A stretch of DNA of 64,000 bases from the human T2T-CHM13v2.0 reference genome, Homo sapiens: the NCBI RefSeq assembly GCF_009914755.1, contig NC_060941.1; one strand, 5' to 3'. The stretch's first letter is position 1. Each line of letters begins with the position of its first letter. Shown here piece by piece: positions 60,158 to 64,000 of this stretch. The notes beneath the pieces were generated by a model. It did not search any database. It was not told the DNA's origin and was given only the letters and a program-made list of their open reading frames with translations. Position numbers and translations under genes: made by a program.

Positions 60158-60704
60158 TTCCCCTAAAGGTGGCAGACTGTGCCATTCTCGATTTATGCTA
60201 TTTTAACCCTATTTTTTTATGTCTATCAAATAGAGAGCAGATTTCAGGAGCTCTAGGGCTGGGAATAGACAGGCACACTGGTATGCCAGGGATGTGCTAT
60301 TCATAGACCAGGCCCTGCAGATGCTGCAAATGCTTCTCTGAGGCCCTGGGCTCCAGCTGTGAGTGAAGTGCCTGCCATCTCCAGGAGTTCTAGGGCAACA
60401 GAATGAAACCAGAACAAGCATCTGTCTGCCTTAAGACTATGCCTTCGACTTCTTGGTGTGCTTGACCAATAGTTTCCTACATTCCAACAGCCACACACTT
60501 TTAACTTTTTTCCCTCTGGTTATAAAAGTGGTTTATCATCATTGGAGAAAATTTGGAAACTATAGAAGAAGATGAAGAATAAAATAAAAATCCCCCATAA
60601 TCCAAAACTCGGATGATCATTGCTATTGTTCTGGAATTCAGAGTGGGTTGCATACTCAAGACCCCAGGGCTGTTTTCATCCTGCAATTGTGCTTTGGCTC
60701 AGCT

Positions 60705-60987
60705 TCTTTTTTTCTTACTTTTTTTTTTTAATTTTAGAAACAGGGTCTTGCTCTGTCACCCAGGCTGGAGTACAGTTGTAGGCTCAAACAATCCTCCTGC
60801 CTCAGCCTCCTGAGTAGCTGGGACTACAGGTGCATGCCACCACACCTGGCTCATTTTAAAATTTTTTTCTAGAGATGGGGTCTCACTTTGTTGCCCAGTC
60901 TGGTCTTGAACCTCTGGCTTCAAGCAATCCTCCTGCCTTGGCCTCCCAAAGTGCTGGGATTACAGGCATGACCCACCGTGTCTGGCC
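60705..60987 (-). mobile_element. AluJ-like with small internal deletion
   Basis: Reverse Alu. Confidence 0.85.
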
Positions 60988-61751
60988 ATGGCTCAGTATT
61001 TGAACAATGAATTTATTACCTTTAGGTGGAACATGTATATTGTAGCTTACCACAGGCTCCATAACCCGTTATGCATCTGTCCTGCTATATCCACCTGCTC
61101 CCTGAAGGCATTTGAATTTATAACCCAGGGCTCTCTTATCAAGAGATATTTCTTAACAAACAAAACTGAAGTGAAGAAATTAAGTATCTTATTATGAGCA
61201 TTATGCCATGCCATTAGCTATTCTTTAAGAACATGATATTAATTATAGTATAAAGGTATATATTATAATTTGTTAACTCTTCCCCTATTGTTGGGTATAT
61301 AGGTTGTTTTGAGGTTTGACTGTCAGCGATTACAATGTGATAAATGTCCTTGCTCATACATTTTTGACTATATATTTTCTTAGACTAGATCTATGGGAGT
61401 GAAATTGCTAGGTCAAAAGGTATGAACTTTCTAAGAGGCTTTGACACGTTACCAAATTCCTTTCCAGAGAGTTTTTACCAAATGACCCAACAGGTAGGCT
61501 ATGAAAGCATCTCTCTCATAACTGTCACCAGCAATCCATGTCAGTAGCATAGACACAACAGTGCCCAGGAATGTTCGTTGTTAGTTTCACTACTAGTATT
61601 ACGTATCATTTTTAAAACCTTAGTCAAATGGGTAGGCCAAATTTACGTCATGTAGATTTACATTTATTACCTTCTGAGGTTGAACTTTTTAAAAAATATG
61701 ACCTATATTGTCTCCAGATGAACTTTAAAAAAATGTTTATTAGCCATCTGT

Positions 61752-62398
<647 letters not shown>

Positions 62399-62724
62399 TA
62401 GGTATTTGTGTTTTTCTTATTGATTTGTGAGAGCTTTCTGCATATTATCTCTGTCATATTTGCTTCAACTCTTTCACTGATACAATTCAAATACCTGGCT
62501 CCTACTCCATTTTGTGCAAACCACTTTAGAATGTGAGAAAAGAAGCTAAAGGGAGACTTGTGAGGAAATAATTTGGGGAGATAAGGAGCCACGGGTATAA
62601 TGGGACATTAGGATGAATTCTCATCAGGTCACAGGATGATGGGCGATGACTCCTGGGTGCAGACAGAATTGTATGAGTCCCATCCGTGGGTCCAGGAACA
62701 TTTCACACATGGAGACGCTTACCT

Positions 62725-62990
62725 TTCTCCTTCCTTCCTTCCTTCCTTTCTTTTTTCTTTTTTCTTTTTTTTTTTTGAGAAAGTGTCTCACTCCATTGCC
62801 CAGGTTGGAGTGCAGTGGCATGTTCACAGTGCACTGCAGCCTCGATGTCCTGAGCTAATTTATTTATTTTTTTTGGAGATATGGGGTTTCACCATGTTGG
62901 CCAGGCTGGTCTCAAACTCCTGGACTCAAGTGATCTTCCACCTCCGCCTCCTATAGTGCTGGGATTACAGGGGTGAGCCACCCTGTCTGG
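62725..62990 (-). mobile_element. Internally deleted reverse Alu with (CCTT)n tail
   Basis: Alu match. Confidence 0.82.
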
Positions 62991-63425
62991 TGAACCTCAC
63001 CTTTCAAATAATATTCAACAGTTCATTAAGGGTTGTTGGCAGGAGAGAAACTATAAAAAGTTCAGTGCCCACTGTGTGGACTTATTCTGTGCTGGGTGCT
63101 GGTCAGTGTATTATTTTACTTAGTTATTATAACAATGCAATGAGGTAGATTTCATTATCCTTATTTTAAGATAAAGGAACTGGTGCCCAGAGTGGCTACT
63201 TTAGCACCCAAGATGCCATTGCTGGGAGGAAGAGCTGGCATTGGAGCTGAAGGCTGCCTTAAAGCTCATGCCCTTCCCGGCAGAAGGCATTGATCACTGG
63301 GACCCTGTGGACATCTCCTTGCTGCAGACTCATATATGCAGATTCCAAGCCATCAAAATACTAACACATTCTTCAATATGTATATATGTCCACCACCATC
63401 TATATCACATTTAAAAACAAAGGCA

Positions 63426-63768
<343 letters not shown>

Positions 63769-64000
63769 TCAGTGGTTTCCTAAGAGAAAGAATGGGTCTA
63801 TGGCCAGGTTGACTGTGAGGTGATGCTTTCCATGAGTTCCAAGGGGGTGATACACCAAACCAGTCTTTGGGAATAAAGCATAGATTCGTTCCAATATTGT
63901 GTATTTCTCACACATCATGATCTCTCTGAGTTGAGTGCCCTGGGTCAGAGGGGAGAAGATCTCTGTTGGGAGGTGAGCAGCCTGTCACCCACAGACACAC

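Overview
Primate (human-like) genomic DNA, very Alu-rich, containing two convergent genes about 7.7 kb apart. The + strand (95-~13505) carries the last 16 coding exons and 3'UTR of MRC2 (uPARAP/Endo180: end of CTLD4, CTLD5-8, TM helix, endocytic tail). All junctions are GT-AG and join into one 2142-nt open frame. The - strand (~21225-57382, continuing beyond the window) carries the last six coding exons of MARCHF10 (testis RING-CH E3 ligase), including a 1402-nt Ser-rich exon. Also present: a U6 snRNA retropseudogene, a solo LTR12 interrupted by an Alu, a CpG island in the last MARCHF10 intron, a MADE1 MITE, MER1/MER33/L1 relics and more than 40 Alus. Most notable observations: (i) a candidate internal first exon (MKLHKPYFYQIHA-G) that splices in frame into MARCHF10 exon 8, sits next to RFX/CRE-like motifs and predicts a ~120-aa RING-less isoform; (ii) a 169-bp ~92%-identical direct repeat bracketing the MRC2 TM/cytoplasmic exons; (iii) alternative MARCHF10 3' ends; (iv) a near-perfect 133-bp duplication making a trimeric Alu; (v) candidate antisense exons. 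Exon and residue numbers rely on recalled reference models (MRC2 1479 aa, 30 exons; MARCHF10 808 aa, 11 exons), which the observed exon lengths reproduce.
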